Positions 1-8,647 of a DNA stretch of 41,897 nt are shown in pieces; the stretch's first letter is position 1; the number at the start of each line of letters is the position of its first letter. Source of the stretch: Holosporales bacterium (lineage in GTDB: Bacteria > Pseudomonadota > Alphaproteobacteria > UBA3830 > JAIRWN01); contig JAIRYS010000009.1 of NCBI GenBank assembly GCA_031267535.1, positions 1 through 41,897 of the forward strand. Reading direction: 5' to 3'. Below the pieces are notes generated by a model that made no database searches, was not told the origin of the DNA, and worked only from the letters and a program-made list of their open reading frames with translations. The translations under genes were made by a program, and so were the position numbers.

Positions 1-1214
1 ACCGCAGCCAAGAAAAACACTGATGTAGATTTAAGTTGAGATGATCTGCGCAATGGAATCCGCCGAACAGGTTTGCGTATACGGCTTGCGAGCCGCAGCT
101 CAGGCTGCGTACCATCAGATTGACTACCAAGTTTGCCTAGATATGCAGGGGACTTCCGAGACCTGTCGTCACGTATAATGTTCATGTTCGTCTCCTCTGA
201 TGAAGTCACTTTTGATTTCATACCAGTCCCTACTAATGAAGCTTTTTGAGAGAAAGACGATTTGTCTGATGTAGAAATATATCCATCGAGAAAGCCACTG
301 AGGCTTCTAAGTTGCTTTGTTAGCGGCGTATTACCAAATCTACTTAGACTTTCAGACAACCGCGCTGATGTTTTGTTATATCCATCGAGGAGGTCCTTTC
401 GACCTCCGAGCCGCAGCTCAGGCTGCGTGCCATCAGACTTTGCCGCAGCAGAGGATCTCGAGATTCTAACTCTAGCCTGCTGTTGATCTCTTGCCTTTCC
501 GCCTTCTTTCTCCGACAAGCTGAGCAACCTTTGAGCTTTGCTCAGTTTGGGCTTGCTAACGCAAGGCTCGGAAGCCTTAGTGGCTTCCTCGATTGACAGT
601 TCTACGAACTGATTTCTATCCGAGTCAAAACTATCATTCGATTTAAAATTGCGAATCTTATTTAGATAAGAGCCTAATTTACAATTGTAATTTGCCGATT
701 CTGCGAATCTAACTGTCTCTATTTTAGCGCCAACAACCGTTGTTAGCTTGTTGCCTGATTCCTTATCCCAATATCCGCCGAGCGAGCCTGCGAATGCGTT
801 TACGAGCCGCAGCCTTGGCTGTATACCATCTGACTTGCAGTTTTGCTTACCTTTACATTCAGAAGACAGCGACAACTTAGACAAACATCCGCCGAGCAGG
901 CCTGTATTCTGACCTGCAGCCCCCTGCGAACGCAGGGCATTGAGGCAATATTGTCGTTGACCTAGGCCGTCCAGCCGATCACCAGGCCGCGACCCGCTGT
1001 CAAGCTTAGACCTTAACTCATCCGCAGCAATATTGATCAAATCGTCACATATATCGGCCATGCTACGGCCAGAGACAAGGGAGTTTACAAGAGGTTTGTC
1101 CAGATAGGCTTTCTGATTTGACAGATGGGGGGGGGGCAGTTGACTGATATTCAAAAGGTCGCCAGATACTTTAGCTGACACAAAACTACTCAAGCTACCT
1201 TTTATTAAACTCAC
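1..1214 (-). CDS. Repeat-containing hypothetical protein, 3' end beyond the window
   Basis: Hand translation from GTG at 1214 (MSLIKGSLSS...) found no stop down to base 1, about 404 codons. It is absent from the ORF track, presumably because it has no stop in the window. It contains three SDG(T/I)QP(E/R)LRL motifs, one 33-aa unit shared with the ORF at 41372, and an in-frame C10 run (PPPH). Confidence 0.6.
   Translation of the reverse strand, partial: MSLIKGSLSSFVSAKVSGDLLNISQLPPPHLSNQKAYLDKPLVNSLVSGRSMADICDDLINIAADELRSKLDSGSRPGDRLDGLGQRQYCLNALRSQGAAGQNTGLLGGCLSKLSLSSECKGKQNCKSDGIQPRLRLVNAFAGSLGGYWDKESGNKLTTVVGAKIETVRFAESANYNCKLGSYLNKIRNFKSNDSFDSDRNQFVELSIEEATKASEPCVSKPKLSKAQRLLSLSEKEGGKARDQQQARVRISRSSAAAKSDGTQPELRLGGRKDLLDGYNKTSARLSESLSRFGNTPLTKQLRSLSGFLDGYISTSDKSSFSQKASLVGTGMKSKVTSSEETNMNIIRDDRSRKSPAYLGKLGSQSDGTQPELRLASRIRKPVRRIPLRRSSQLKSTSVFFLAA
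58..119 (+). repeat. Two-hairpin palindromic element, copy A
   Basis: ATCCGCCGAAC...GAGCC-GCAGC-TCAG-GCTGC-GTACCATCAGA; matches the copies at 380 and 773. Confidence 0.8.
281..324 (+). repeat. Palindromic element, degenerate copy D
   Basis: ATCCATCGAG-AAAGCC-ACTGA-GGCTTC; stem1 nearly matches copy E in the opposite orientation. Confidence 0.65.
380..437 (+). repeat. Palindromic element, copy C
   Basis: ATCCATCGA-GGAGGTC-CTTTC-GACCTCC-GAGCC-GCAGC-TCAG-GCTGC. Bases 399-426 are the exact reverse complement of 41428-41455. Confidence 0.85.
514..593 (-). repeat. Palindromic element, copy E
   Basis: On the minus strand: ATCGA-GGAAGCC-ACTAA-GGCTTCC-GAGC-CTTGC-GTTA-GCAAG, plus a third stem CTGAGCAA/TTGCTCAG. 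Bases 547-570 are the exact reverse complement of 21668-21691. Confidence 0.85.
773..834 (+). repeat. Palindromic element, copy B
   Basis: ATCCGCCGAGC...GAGCC-GCAGC-CTTG-GCTGT-ATACCATCTGAC; homologous to copy A. Confidence 0.8.
887..937 (+). repeat. Palindromic element, divergent copy H
   Basis: ATCCGCCGA-GCAGG...CCTGC-AGCC-CCCTGCG-AA-CGCAGGG; same architecture with different stem sequences. Confidence 0.55.
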
Positions 1215-1465
1215 CCAAGAAAGCTCTCATCATAGACGTTTACTCGCAAAAAACATCAGAAGGGTACAACATTGCCCCAAGTATATGCAAAGAAAAAAAT
1301 CGAGTCGCATAAGTACCAATCCAAACAGCGCTAGCCATAATAAAAAACAAACCCAAGTCAACCATGTGAAAATTTAAACCTTTGCAAATAATTGACGCAT
1401 ATTTGTTAGCCCGATAGCATTGCAGCTGGTAATTGCGCATATAGACATATGGATGAGGTGTAGCT

Positions 1466-1858
1466 ATGGGGCAGTATAAATGGGTTTTTTTACCTCTCCA
1501 GCTTACTGAAAAGAAAGATTATTTTGGCAAAAAACCAGAAATGCCGTCAGGATTACTTGCCAATTACGACATGCTCACTGAAAGCGATAGTAAATATGTG
1601 TATGAGATTAAAAAAGATGTTTTGTTTTCTGGTTTTAAACGATATCTACATCAACTAGAAACAATATTTGATGATACAGAATACTGGATAAATGAACATT
1701 GGGATGAATTTGATAAAATTTCTGAAACGAACGACCTAGAAAAATTTACAGAATTTGTCGAAAAGAATGCCAATGGAGTTTGTCCTTTCATATATGGTCA
1801 CTCTTTTGCTAGCAGTTACACGCTTGATATAATGGTGGCAGCTATAAAGCATGGCTAA
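1466..1858 (+). CDS. Hypothetical protein, AT-rich
   Basis: 130-aa ORF with a GAGG Shine-Dalgarno upstream of ATG; no recognised motif. Confidence 0.6.
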   Translation: MGQYKWVFLPLQLTEKKDYFGKKPEMPSGLLANYDMLTESDSKYVYEIKKDVLFSGFKRYLHQLETIFDDTEYWINEHWDEFDKISETNDLEKFTEFVEKNANGVCPFIYGHSFASSYTLDIMVAAIKHG

Positions 1859-1994
1859 AAGAGTATACAACGCTGAAGCATATGGATAAGCTGCTCCGGC
1901 TTGTGCTACCAGACGAGCCTTTAGCAAAGGCAACTCTGTTTACTATATGGGGGTAACTAGCGGATATTGTCAAATTGCCGCCACACAGTGTTTT

Positions 1995-2280
1995 CCTCGG
2001 TTGATGGACGGCTGAGGCCTAGGTAACTGTAGCCCAAATCGGTAATCATTCTTCCCCGAGAGGTCCGCTGCACAAGGCCTTGCTAAAGCAAAAATGGGTC
2101 TATTACCTCTTCGATTGCGTCTTTTTGTTTGGACAATACGGCACAAAGGGTCTCTACCTCCCTGGGCCGCCGTTATAAAATTCTACAATGCATTTTAGAT
2201 ACCGCCGATCCATCATGTCTAGACCTAAAATTATCAACTTCAAGGCTTGTCAAAGCTTGGTCGGCAATTGTTTTGTCAAT
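1995..2280 (-). pseudogene. ruvB: Degenerate duplicate of the ruvB 3' end
   Basis: Aligns to about 2330-2612 at an offset of about 332 bp. It has an extra A (CCTAAAATTAT vs CCTAAATTAT), an in-frame TAG at 2083-2085 and many third-position differences. Confidence 0.85.
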
Positions 2281-2289
2281 GCAGTATTG

Positions 2290-3330
2290 TCAGAATAGTT
2301 TTAAAGAACAATCGTCGCAGTTTTTGTTTGGTTGTGATGGTTTGTCTAGGCCAAGGCAACCGTATCCCAAATCTGTGATTACCCTGCCGCGAGAAGTCCT
2401 CTGCACTAAGCCTTGTTGAAGCAAAAATGGTTCTATTACCTCTTCTATTGCGTCTTTTTGCTCGGACAGTACGGCACAAAGGGTCTCTACCCCTACCGGA
2501 CCGCCGTTATAAAATTCTACAATGCACTTTAGATACCGCCGATCCATCATGTCTAGACCTAAATTATCAACTTCAAGACTTGTCAAGGCTTGGTCGGCAA
2601 TTTTTTTGTCAATTTTGCCGACGCCTTTAACTACCGCAAAATCCCATACGCGCCTAAGCAAGCGACAAGCGATTCTCGGCGTTCCGCGTGAGCGTTCCGC
2701 AATTTCCCAAGCGCCTTCGTGTCCTATCTCTACGCCAAAGATAGACGCATTGCGGTTGATGATTGTCTCAAGCTCTTGATGATTATAGAAATCCAAACGC
2801 ATCTGAATGCCAAAGCGGTCTCTAAGCGGCGATGTAAGTAGCCCTGATCTGGTGGTTGCCCCGACTAAGGTAAACCTTGGCAAATCGATTCTGATGGACC
2901 GCGCAGCCGGTCCTTCGCCGATGATTAGGTCGAGCTTAAAATCCTCCATAGCGGGATATAGAACCTCTTCAATTAGGGGGCTAAGCCTGTGAATCTCGTC
3001 TATAAAAAGGACGTCATTAGTCGAAAGATTCGTAAGCAACGCAGCAAGGTCCCCTGCTTTGGCGATCATCGGTCCAGAAGTAGCTTTAAAGCCCACGCCC
3101 ATTTCGCGGGCAATTATCTGGGCTAGCGTGGTCTTGCCCAGTCCCGGCGGGCCGTAGAATATTGTATGATCAATTGCTTGTGCGCGTGATTTGGCGGCCT
3201 TTATAAATACGTCAAGGTTTGATTTCAGTTTAAGCTGGCCAATAAAATCACGTAGGTATTGCGGACGTGTTTCGGCGATGTGTTCAGTATCGGCCTCTTG
3301 ATCGCAAGGAGATAGAATCCTTTCTTTCAT
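2290..3330 (-). CDS. ruvB: Holliday junction branch migration helicase RuvB
   Basis: GPPGLGKTT Walker [17 protein letters not shown] and SRGTPR motifs. Confidence 0.98.
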   Translation of the reverse strand: MKERILSPCDQEADTEHIAETRPQYLRDFIGQLKLKSNLDVFIKAAKSRAQAIDHTIFYGPPGLGKTTLAQIIAREMGVGFKATSGPMIAKAGDLAALLTNLSTNDVLFIDEIHRLSPLIEEVLYPAMEDFKLDLIIGEGPAARSIRIDLPRFTLVGATTRSGLLTSPLRDRFGIQMRLDFYNHQELETIINRNASIFGVEIGHEGAWEIAERSRGTPRIACRLLRRVWDFAVVKGVGKIDKKIADQALTSLEVDNLGLDMMDRRYLKCIVEFYNGGPVGVETLCAVLSEQKDAIEEVIEPFLLQQGLVQRTSRGRVITDLGYGCLGLDKPSQPNKNCDDCSLKLF

Positions 3331-3351
3331 ATGACGCTGCTGGTGACTCCT

Positions 3352-3960
3352 CTATAACGATGTAAGCCGGCCGAGGATTTGGCGAAATACCTCTTCGAAT
3401 CCTTGCTCGGATGGTACGTCTTTTAAAACGCTCAGGATATCGGCTTTTTTGTATCCTAGATTTACCAGCGCTGAGACGACGTCCAAAATAACCCCTGCCG
3501 GGGCGGCGGCAGATTCGCCGCCAGTCGCAAGCGAAATGCCGGCCGATTGCTGAGACGGCATTTTTTTATCTTTTAGTTCGTTAATTATCCTAAGGGCCAG
3601 TTTGCCGCCGACCCCATCGGCCATGCACAACTTAGCTTTGTCTTCATAAAAAATCGCTTGAAAAACGTCAGCCGGTTTACAAACGGAAAGTATCGATAAA
3701 GCAACTTTCGCCCCAACTCCTTGCACTGTAAGCAGCAATTTAAACCACTCTCGTTCTTCAGGGCTTGCAAAGCCATACAGCAGCCAACCGTCTTCTCTAA
3801 CCATCAATTCTGTATAAACCAAAACCTCAACCTGCCCTTGGTTTTGAAATTTCTCCAGCGAAGGTCTTGGGCAAAATACCCTATACCCGATTATCCCTGT
3901 ATCAACAGTGATGTGATTATCTGAAACATCGCAAATTTTACCGCGTAAAAAGTTGAACAT
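3352..3960 (-). CDS. ruvA: Holliday junction protein RuvA
   Basis: MFNFLRGK start (ATG 3960), LYGF, GVGAKVAL HhH motif, ALVNLGY C-terminus; lies between ruvC and ruvB. Confidence 0.96.
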   Translation of the reverse strand: MFNFLRGKICDVSDNHITVDTGIIGYRVFCPRPSLEKFQNQGQVEVLVYTELMVREDGWLLYGFASPEEREWFKLLLTVQGVGAKVALSILSVCKPADVFQAIFYEDKAKLCMADGVGGKLALRIINELKDKKMPSQQSAGISLATGGESAAAPAGVILDVVSALVNLGYKKADILSVLKDVPSEQGFEEVFRQILGRLTSL

Positions 3961-3962
3961 AG

Positions 3963-4460
3963 TCAGCAGCTCATCCTTAAATGCGGACTCCAATTGGCGT
4001 GACATATGGCCACAGCCAAAGCGTCGGCAGCGTCGTCTTTTACCTCTGGGCAAGTTGGAAGCAGTCGCCTGACCATCATTGCGATCTGCGCTTTATCAGC
4101 ATGTCCAACGCCAACGACAGCTTTTTTTATTTTGTTTGCGCCGTATTCACTGACTTCGATACCGGCATGGGCCGGCGCGAGCATGGCTGCCGCTCTTGCT
4201 GCCCCAAGCTTTAGGGCCGAAGACGGATTGGAATTCATGAAAGTCTCTTCAATAGCAGCCTCTGTAGGCTTTAAACGAACTATTACCTCTGACACCTCAC
4301 TATAGATAGTGTTAAGTCGCGAAGCTAGGTCCTTTTTACTATCCGGGCGTATTACCCCATGATCAAGGTATCTAAGATTGTTTCCTTCAATCAACACAAC
4401 GCCCCACCCCGTCTTATTAAGACCGGGGTCGATACCAAGAACTGTGCGCTTAGACGGCAT
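3963..4460 (-). CDS. ruvC: Crossover junction endodeoxyribonuclease RuvC
   Basis: LGIDPG, IEE and DAADALAVAICH motifs. Confidence 0.98.
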   Translation of the reverse strand: MPSKRTVLGIDPGLNKTGWGVVLIEGNNLRYLDHGVIRPDSKKDLASRLNTIYSEVSEVIVRLKPTEAAIEETFMNSNPSSALKLGAARAAAMLAPAHAGIEVSEYGANKIKKAVVGVGHADKAQIAMMVRRLLPTCPEVKDDAADALAVAICHANWSPHLRMSC

Positions 4461-5212
4461 CAGGCCTTGAGGTACGATTGCATGAATTCGTCCGATACGT
4501 CACAGTTGGCTACGACTTGTTGAACGTCTTCATTGTCTTCCAAAGTCTCAATCAGCCTAAACAAGGTTCCGGCGGACTCGTCGCTGATCGGCGTTAATGT
4601 TTTTGGCTGCCACACAAGGCTAGCCGAGGTTGGGTCTGAGAACTTTTTGGTCAGCGCGTCTCTTACTGCAGCAAAATTATTCACGCTTGTAATTATCTCA
4701 TACCGAATATCATCTTTCATATCATCAGCGCCAGCTTCAATCGCCACCTCTAACATGTTGTCAGACGGACTAACTTCAAGCGGATAGACGATAACGCCAA
4801 CCCTGTCGAACATAAAGCTGACGCTGTTGGTTTCTCCTAATGCTCCGCCAAGCTTGTTAAACGAAGCCCTGACGTCAGAGGCAGTTCTTTTGCGGTTATC
4901 GGTAAGAGCCTCAACCATAATTGCGACCCCGCTGGGCCCGTATCCTTCATACCTGACTTCCTCATAGTCTGCACCATCTTCCCCTCCCATAGCTTTCTTA
5001 ATAGCGCGCTCTATGTTGTCGCGAGGCATATTCTCACCACGCGCGTTGACCAGAATATTACGCAGTCTAGAGTTGCTGGATGGATCATCTCCTCCGCCGG
5101 TTTTCACCGCGACAGCAATCTCTCTAGCCAACCTGGAAAACACCCTGGCGCGCCTGGCGTCTTGCGCGCCCTTACGGTACATAATATTTTTAAATTGAGA
5201 ATGCCCTGACAT
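4460..5212 (-). CDS. yebC: YebC/PmpR family protein
   Basis: MSGHSQFKNIMYRKG, YEGYGPSG and TDNRKRT motifs; upstream of ruvC. Confidence 0.97.
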   Translation of the reverse strand: MSGHSQFKNIMYRKGAQDARRARVFSRLAREIAVAVKTGGGDDPSSNSRLRNILVNARGENMPRDNIERAIKKAMGGEDGADYEEVRYEGYGPSGVAIMVEALTDNRKRTASDVRASFNKLGGALGETNSVSFMFDRVGVIVYPLEVSPSDNMLEVAIEAGADDMKDDIRYEIITSVNNFAAVRDALTKKFSDPTSASLVWQPKTLTPISDESAGTLFRLIETLEDNEDVQQVVANCDVSDEFMQSYLKA

Positions 5213-5228
5213 AGCGGTTTTTGTTTGG

Positions 5229-5786
5229 TTATTTTCTCCAGCGCTTAGAAATGCTCATAGAGCCTGCAAATAACAGTATCTTTAGCATATCTGAAACCAA
5301 AAATGGGAAAAGTCCGACAACAAACGCCTGCCAGAAATTATTCAAAGCAACAGCTACGAACATGACGCCCGGAATATAAATCGCCATCAACCCCGATAAA
5401 CCTGAGATTAAGTGCTTAAAAAATGACTCTTTATGCCAGGTTGCAGTCATACATCCAACTAAATATGCTGCCACCGGCGTCCCTATAAGATACCCGCCTC
5501 TTGCCGAACACAACATTCCCAGACCTCCGGCGCCTCCGGCAAATACTGGAAGGCCACATACTCCTTCTGCTAAATACAGCATGACAGAAGCAAATCCTCT
5601 TTTACCTCCCAGCAACCCGCCAACCAGCAAGACAGCATACACCTGCATAGTCATTGGCACAGGCGTTAACGGTACGGCTATCTGAGCAGATAAAGCAATA
5701 AACAAACTGCCCAATACTATGTATACAGCATTCAACCAACCGGCTTTATTTTGGCTTACTGCAAGTTTTTCCATATTTGTTTTCAC
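5229..5786 (-). CDS. bioY: Biotin transporter BioY
   Basis: PVPMTMQ, YLAEG..GLPVFAGG and GGYLIG motifs; hydrophobic. Confidence 0.95.
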   Translation of the reverse strand: MKTNMEKLAVSQNKAGWLNAVYIVLGSLFIALSAQIAVPLTPVPMTMQVYAVLLVGGLLGGKRGFASVMLYLAEGVCGLPVFAGGAGGLGMLCSARGGYLIGTPVAAYLVGCMTATWHKESFFKHLISGLSGLMAIYIPGVMFVAVALNNFWQAFVVGLFPFLVSDMLKILLFAGSMSISKRWRK

Positions 5787-5930
5787 AACTACAACACCAG
5801 GTTAGAGTTACCACAGCGCCACAATCGCGTCTACTTTGATTTTTCAGGCAGGCTTAAAAATAAGATGTCTGCTAGAGCACAATTCGTTTTTACCCATCTT
5901 TAATGGAAATAACGCTATATTAATATAACT

Positions 5931-5999
5931 CTACAAACAGCCAACGAAATATGCATGTTCTCCGATATCAATGAATATTTGAAATTCCCGCGATTGCAT
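5931..5999 (-). pseudogene. N-terminal stump of a HipA-like toxin
   Basis: ATG overlaps the HTH gene stop (TAATG). It encodes MQSREFQIFIDIGEHAYFVGCL*, which resembles HipA N-termini (VxVDL...VGRLW) with TAG where TGG would be. Confidence 0.5.
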
Positions 6000-6343
6000 T
6001 ATTGTCCGCCTGTGTTTGAGTTCGGCCTTAATAGTTTCGGCAAGCGTACACGTTTGGGTAATTGCTCCTCCGCCAATTGTCTTCCGATGATATCTCCCGA
6101 TAAGTCCAGCAAATTCTGCAGCTTGTCGATCATTCCCAAGATAAAAATAACAGTCGCATAAGTTCCAAAAGACACCGACGGATCACCTTGTTCGATTTTT
6201 GCAACAGTAATCGCTGTAACGCCAGCCCTTTCAGCCACCATAGCGATGGTGATATTACGACGAATCCGAGCCTCCTTTATGTCTTTACTAAGTTTTCTCA
6301 ACGCCCTCTTAACGGGAATGTGCAAAACAATCTTTTTCTTCAT
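5999..6343 (-). CDS. XRE-family HTH regulator (HipB-like antitoxin)
   Basis: IKEARIRRNIT...VAERAGV...VAKIEQGDPSVS helix-turn-helix pattern. Confidence 0.85.
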   Translation of the reverse strand: MKKKIVLHIPVKRALRKLSKDIKEARIRRNITIAMVAERAGVTAITVAKIEQGDPSVSFGTYATVIFILGMIDKLQNLLDLSGDIIGRQLAEEQLPKRVRLPKLLRPNSNTGGQ

Positions 6344-6431
6344 GATATTCAGTTCATAAAATAATCAATCCCTGTTTATAAAACATATCATAATATGGCT
6401 TAATGCATCCGATTGGAAAAAATTTACAAAA

Positions 6432-6905
6432 ATGAAAATCGATTATCCAGTCTATCACAAACGTCTTATATTAACTGTTGCACAATGGTATCTCGACGCC
6501 TGGGGAAAATATACGCGAAATCCGTCGATTGAAAAAGCAAAAGCGCAGCTTATAAATCGACTAAATACCGATAAACTAGATATATATTTCTTATGTCTTG
6601 ATAACGGTTACAGCAATGAACCGATCGGTACGTTCAGTTTGACACAAAAAGGCATTCCAGAAAACGAAGGTTTTCCCCATGTTTGTCTCACTTGTTTGTA
6701 GTTGGAAAACATCGCAGACACAAGTTCGGAGAAGCTCTTGTTAATCATGCCAAACAACAAGCTCAAAATTTCGGATTCGAAAAAAATATACCTTTACACT
6801 ACCGATAAAACCATCCATTCATGGTATGAAAAACTTGGCCGGGGAATCACAAAAGAAGATGTTGCTGGCAGGATTGATATAAAGATCATAGAGGCGGACT
6901 TATGA
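6432..6905 (+). pseudogene. GNAT acetyltransferase, frameshifted twice
   Basis: Shifting frame at about 6671-6678 and back at the A7 run 6780-6786 gives PCLSHLFVVGKHRRHKFGEALVNHAKQQAQNFGFEKIYLYT...WYEKLG, i.e. GNAT motifs A and B. Confidence 0.8.
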
Positions 6906-7297
6906 AATTTTCCTTTGAAAAAGCAGTTTGGAAAAACGCTTTTGGGATAGATGTTGCGGAACATTGCGGGGCAGACAATCCGTTTCCCATCGATTGTGCT
7001 GTTGCAAAATTCCGCAGGGGGAAATATCCGCGGAAGATAAATCACGGATTTAATGAAATGTTTTATGTTTTGGATGGGGAATGTTTCATTGAATTTGATG
7101 GTGAAGCCGTGCGTCTGAAAAAGCAGGATGTCCATATCATAGAGCCGGGAAGGCCACATGCAACCAGCGCCGAATACGCGGATATTTTGATAGTTTGCAC
7201 GCCTTCCTTCGATATCAAAAATGTGGAATTTCTGGATGAAAATACGACCAAGATACTAAATAGAATCAGCGGCATCTTATTAGAAACTTCATTGTAG
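6902..7297 (+). CDS. Cupin domain protein
   Basis: EMFYVLDGECFIEFDGE and IEPGRPH cupin motifs; ATGA overlap with the upstream gene. Confidence 0.85.
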   Translation: MKFSFEKAVWKNAFGIDVAEHCGADNPFPIDCAVAKFRRGKYPRKINHGFNEMFYVLDGECFIEFDGEAVRLKKQDVHIIEPGRPHATSAEYADILIVCTPSFDIKNVEFLDENTTKILNRISGILLETSL

Positions 7298-7353
7298 GCG
7301 CTTTTCGTTTTTGCCTACTTGATATTCACCAGAATTAGGGCAACAAAAGACGG

Positions 7354-7825
7354 TGTCAAGCCCCCGAATTTTGTGCCAGTTGATTCGAAGAATGGCGAGA
7401 GAATAGGATGAACGCTTCAGGAGAGAGGTAATTTAGGGAGGAATGAGGCCGACTTGATTGTATTCCTTTCGACAAATTCCGCTAATGATTTTAGCTTCCT
7501 TCAATTAATAAAACGCCTCGCGATTCAAGAGTTCGTCTCGCAAAGTTACGCAAAACGCTCGATAACGCCGTTTCCCAAGGGCTTTCGGGAGTTATGTAGG
7601 CGGTTTTTACCTCCACGTCACGAATGAACTTTTGCACGTTTTTTGCAATGAACTTAGATCCGTTGTCACCGCGGATAAATTTCGGAATTCCCTTAGCCAA
7701 GAACAGCTTTGAAAGAGCACCCAGCACATGTCTGGATGCGATGCTGCGTTCCACCTGGATTTTCAGCGATTCTTTGGTGAGTTCGTCTATTATGGTGAGG
7801 CATTTGTATTTTCTGCCGTCCACTA
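7354..7825 (-). mobile_element. IS3-family insertion sequence remnant (integrase core fragment plus one terminal inverted repeat)
   Basis: DGRKYKCLTIIDELTKE, P..IRGDNGSKF and PESPWE, then a frameshift. An IS3-like end TGTCAAGCCCCCGAATTTTGTGCCA starts at 7354. The 5' half is missing. Confidence 0.88.
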
Positions 7826-7938
7826 AAACCTAACAAATCCGCCAATCTAACCTATAAATTCAAACCTATAATAACTTGTGCGGATTAATAATTTGCGGAT
7901 ACTGATAGGTACGGCCGGCAAAATTTGCATCAACACAT

Positions 7939-7966
7939 AAAAAGACCTCCGCGACAAGCGCGGAGG
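7939..7966 (-). terminator. Rho-independent terminator of pal
   Basis: CCTCCGCG-ACAAG-CGCGGAGG stem followed on the minus strand by TCTTTTT. Confidence 0.75.
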
Positions 7967-8003
7967 CAATAAAATAAGGAGAAAAAAATGAGAGAAGAAA
8001 AGA

Positions 8004-8495
8004 TCACTCTATAGCAGTGATCGAAACACGGTTTTGACGCCAAAACTCTTCTTTAGAATCAGAGCCGACGCCTCTAACCTCGATCGGCTTATCTTTACCG
8101 TAGGAGATAACAGTAATCAGATTAGCCGGTACCCCATGCGCAACAAGAAAATTCCTGACCGCATTGGCGCGACGTTCACCCAAACCGAGGTTATACTCCC
8201 TTGTCCCACGCTCGTCGCAACGCCCTTCAATGACAACACGCCCAACCCCTTTATGTTGCAACAACCACTCAACCTGACGAATCAAGGTGGCTTGCGACGC
8301 ATGGGTTAAAGCTGAGCTGTCAAACTCAAAAAACACTCTATCGCCGGCTGTGGCAACAAAACTGCCGGCAGCCCCCTTTGTAAACCCAGCGGCAGAAGGC
8401 CCCCCGTCTATACCAACGTTTCCGCCTCCACGATTAGACTGACACCCCATCAACAACGCCGCCGTCAACAATAAACTTACTCCAGTGTACTTCAT
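8004..8495 (-). CDS. pal: Peptidoglycan-associated lipoprotein Pal (OmpA family)
   Basis: Lipobox LMGC; DRVFFEFDS, DERGTREYNLGLGERRA, ISYGK and NRV motifs; ATG at 8495. Confidence 0.93.
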   Translation of the reverse strand: MKYTGVSLLLTAALLMGCQSNRGGGNVGIDGGPSAAGFTKGAAGSFVATAGDRVFFEFDSSALTHASQATLIRQVEWLLQHKGVGRVVIEGRCDERGTREYNLGLGERRANAVRNFLVAHGVPANLITVISYGKDKPIEVRGVGSDSKEEFWRQNRVSITAIE

Positions 8496-8647
8496 AACAA
8501 ACTCCAACAACTTACGCACAACTCACACGGGCAGAATTTAGCACTAAATTCGCTACTTAAACGATAATAAAAAACAATAACGTAAGCCGTTAGTTACCTT
8601 GTGCCCACAACATGTTGCAAAAACAGCTCACTTAGTAAAATTATGGT

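Noticed and set aside
1905-1935. Possible extra palindromic element (GAGCCTTTAGCAAAGGC)
   Set aside because: Only GAGCC plus one short stem; the 5' ATCCRYCGAG and stem1 are absent.
2129-2779. Plus-strand ORFs with repeated peptides ([19 protein letters not shown])
   Set aside because: These are antisense readings of ruvB and its duplicated 3' end.
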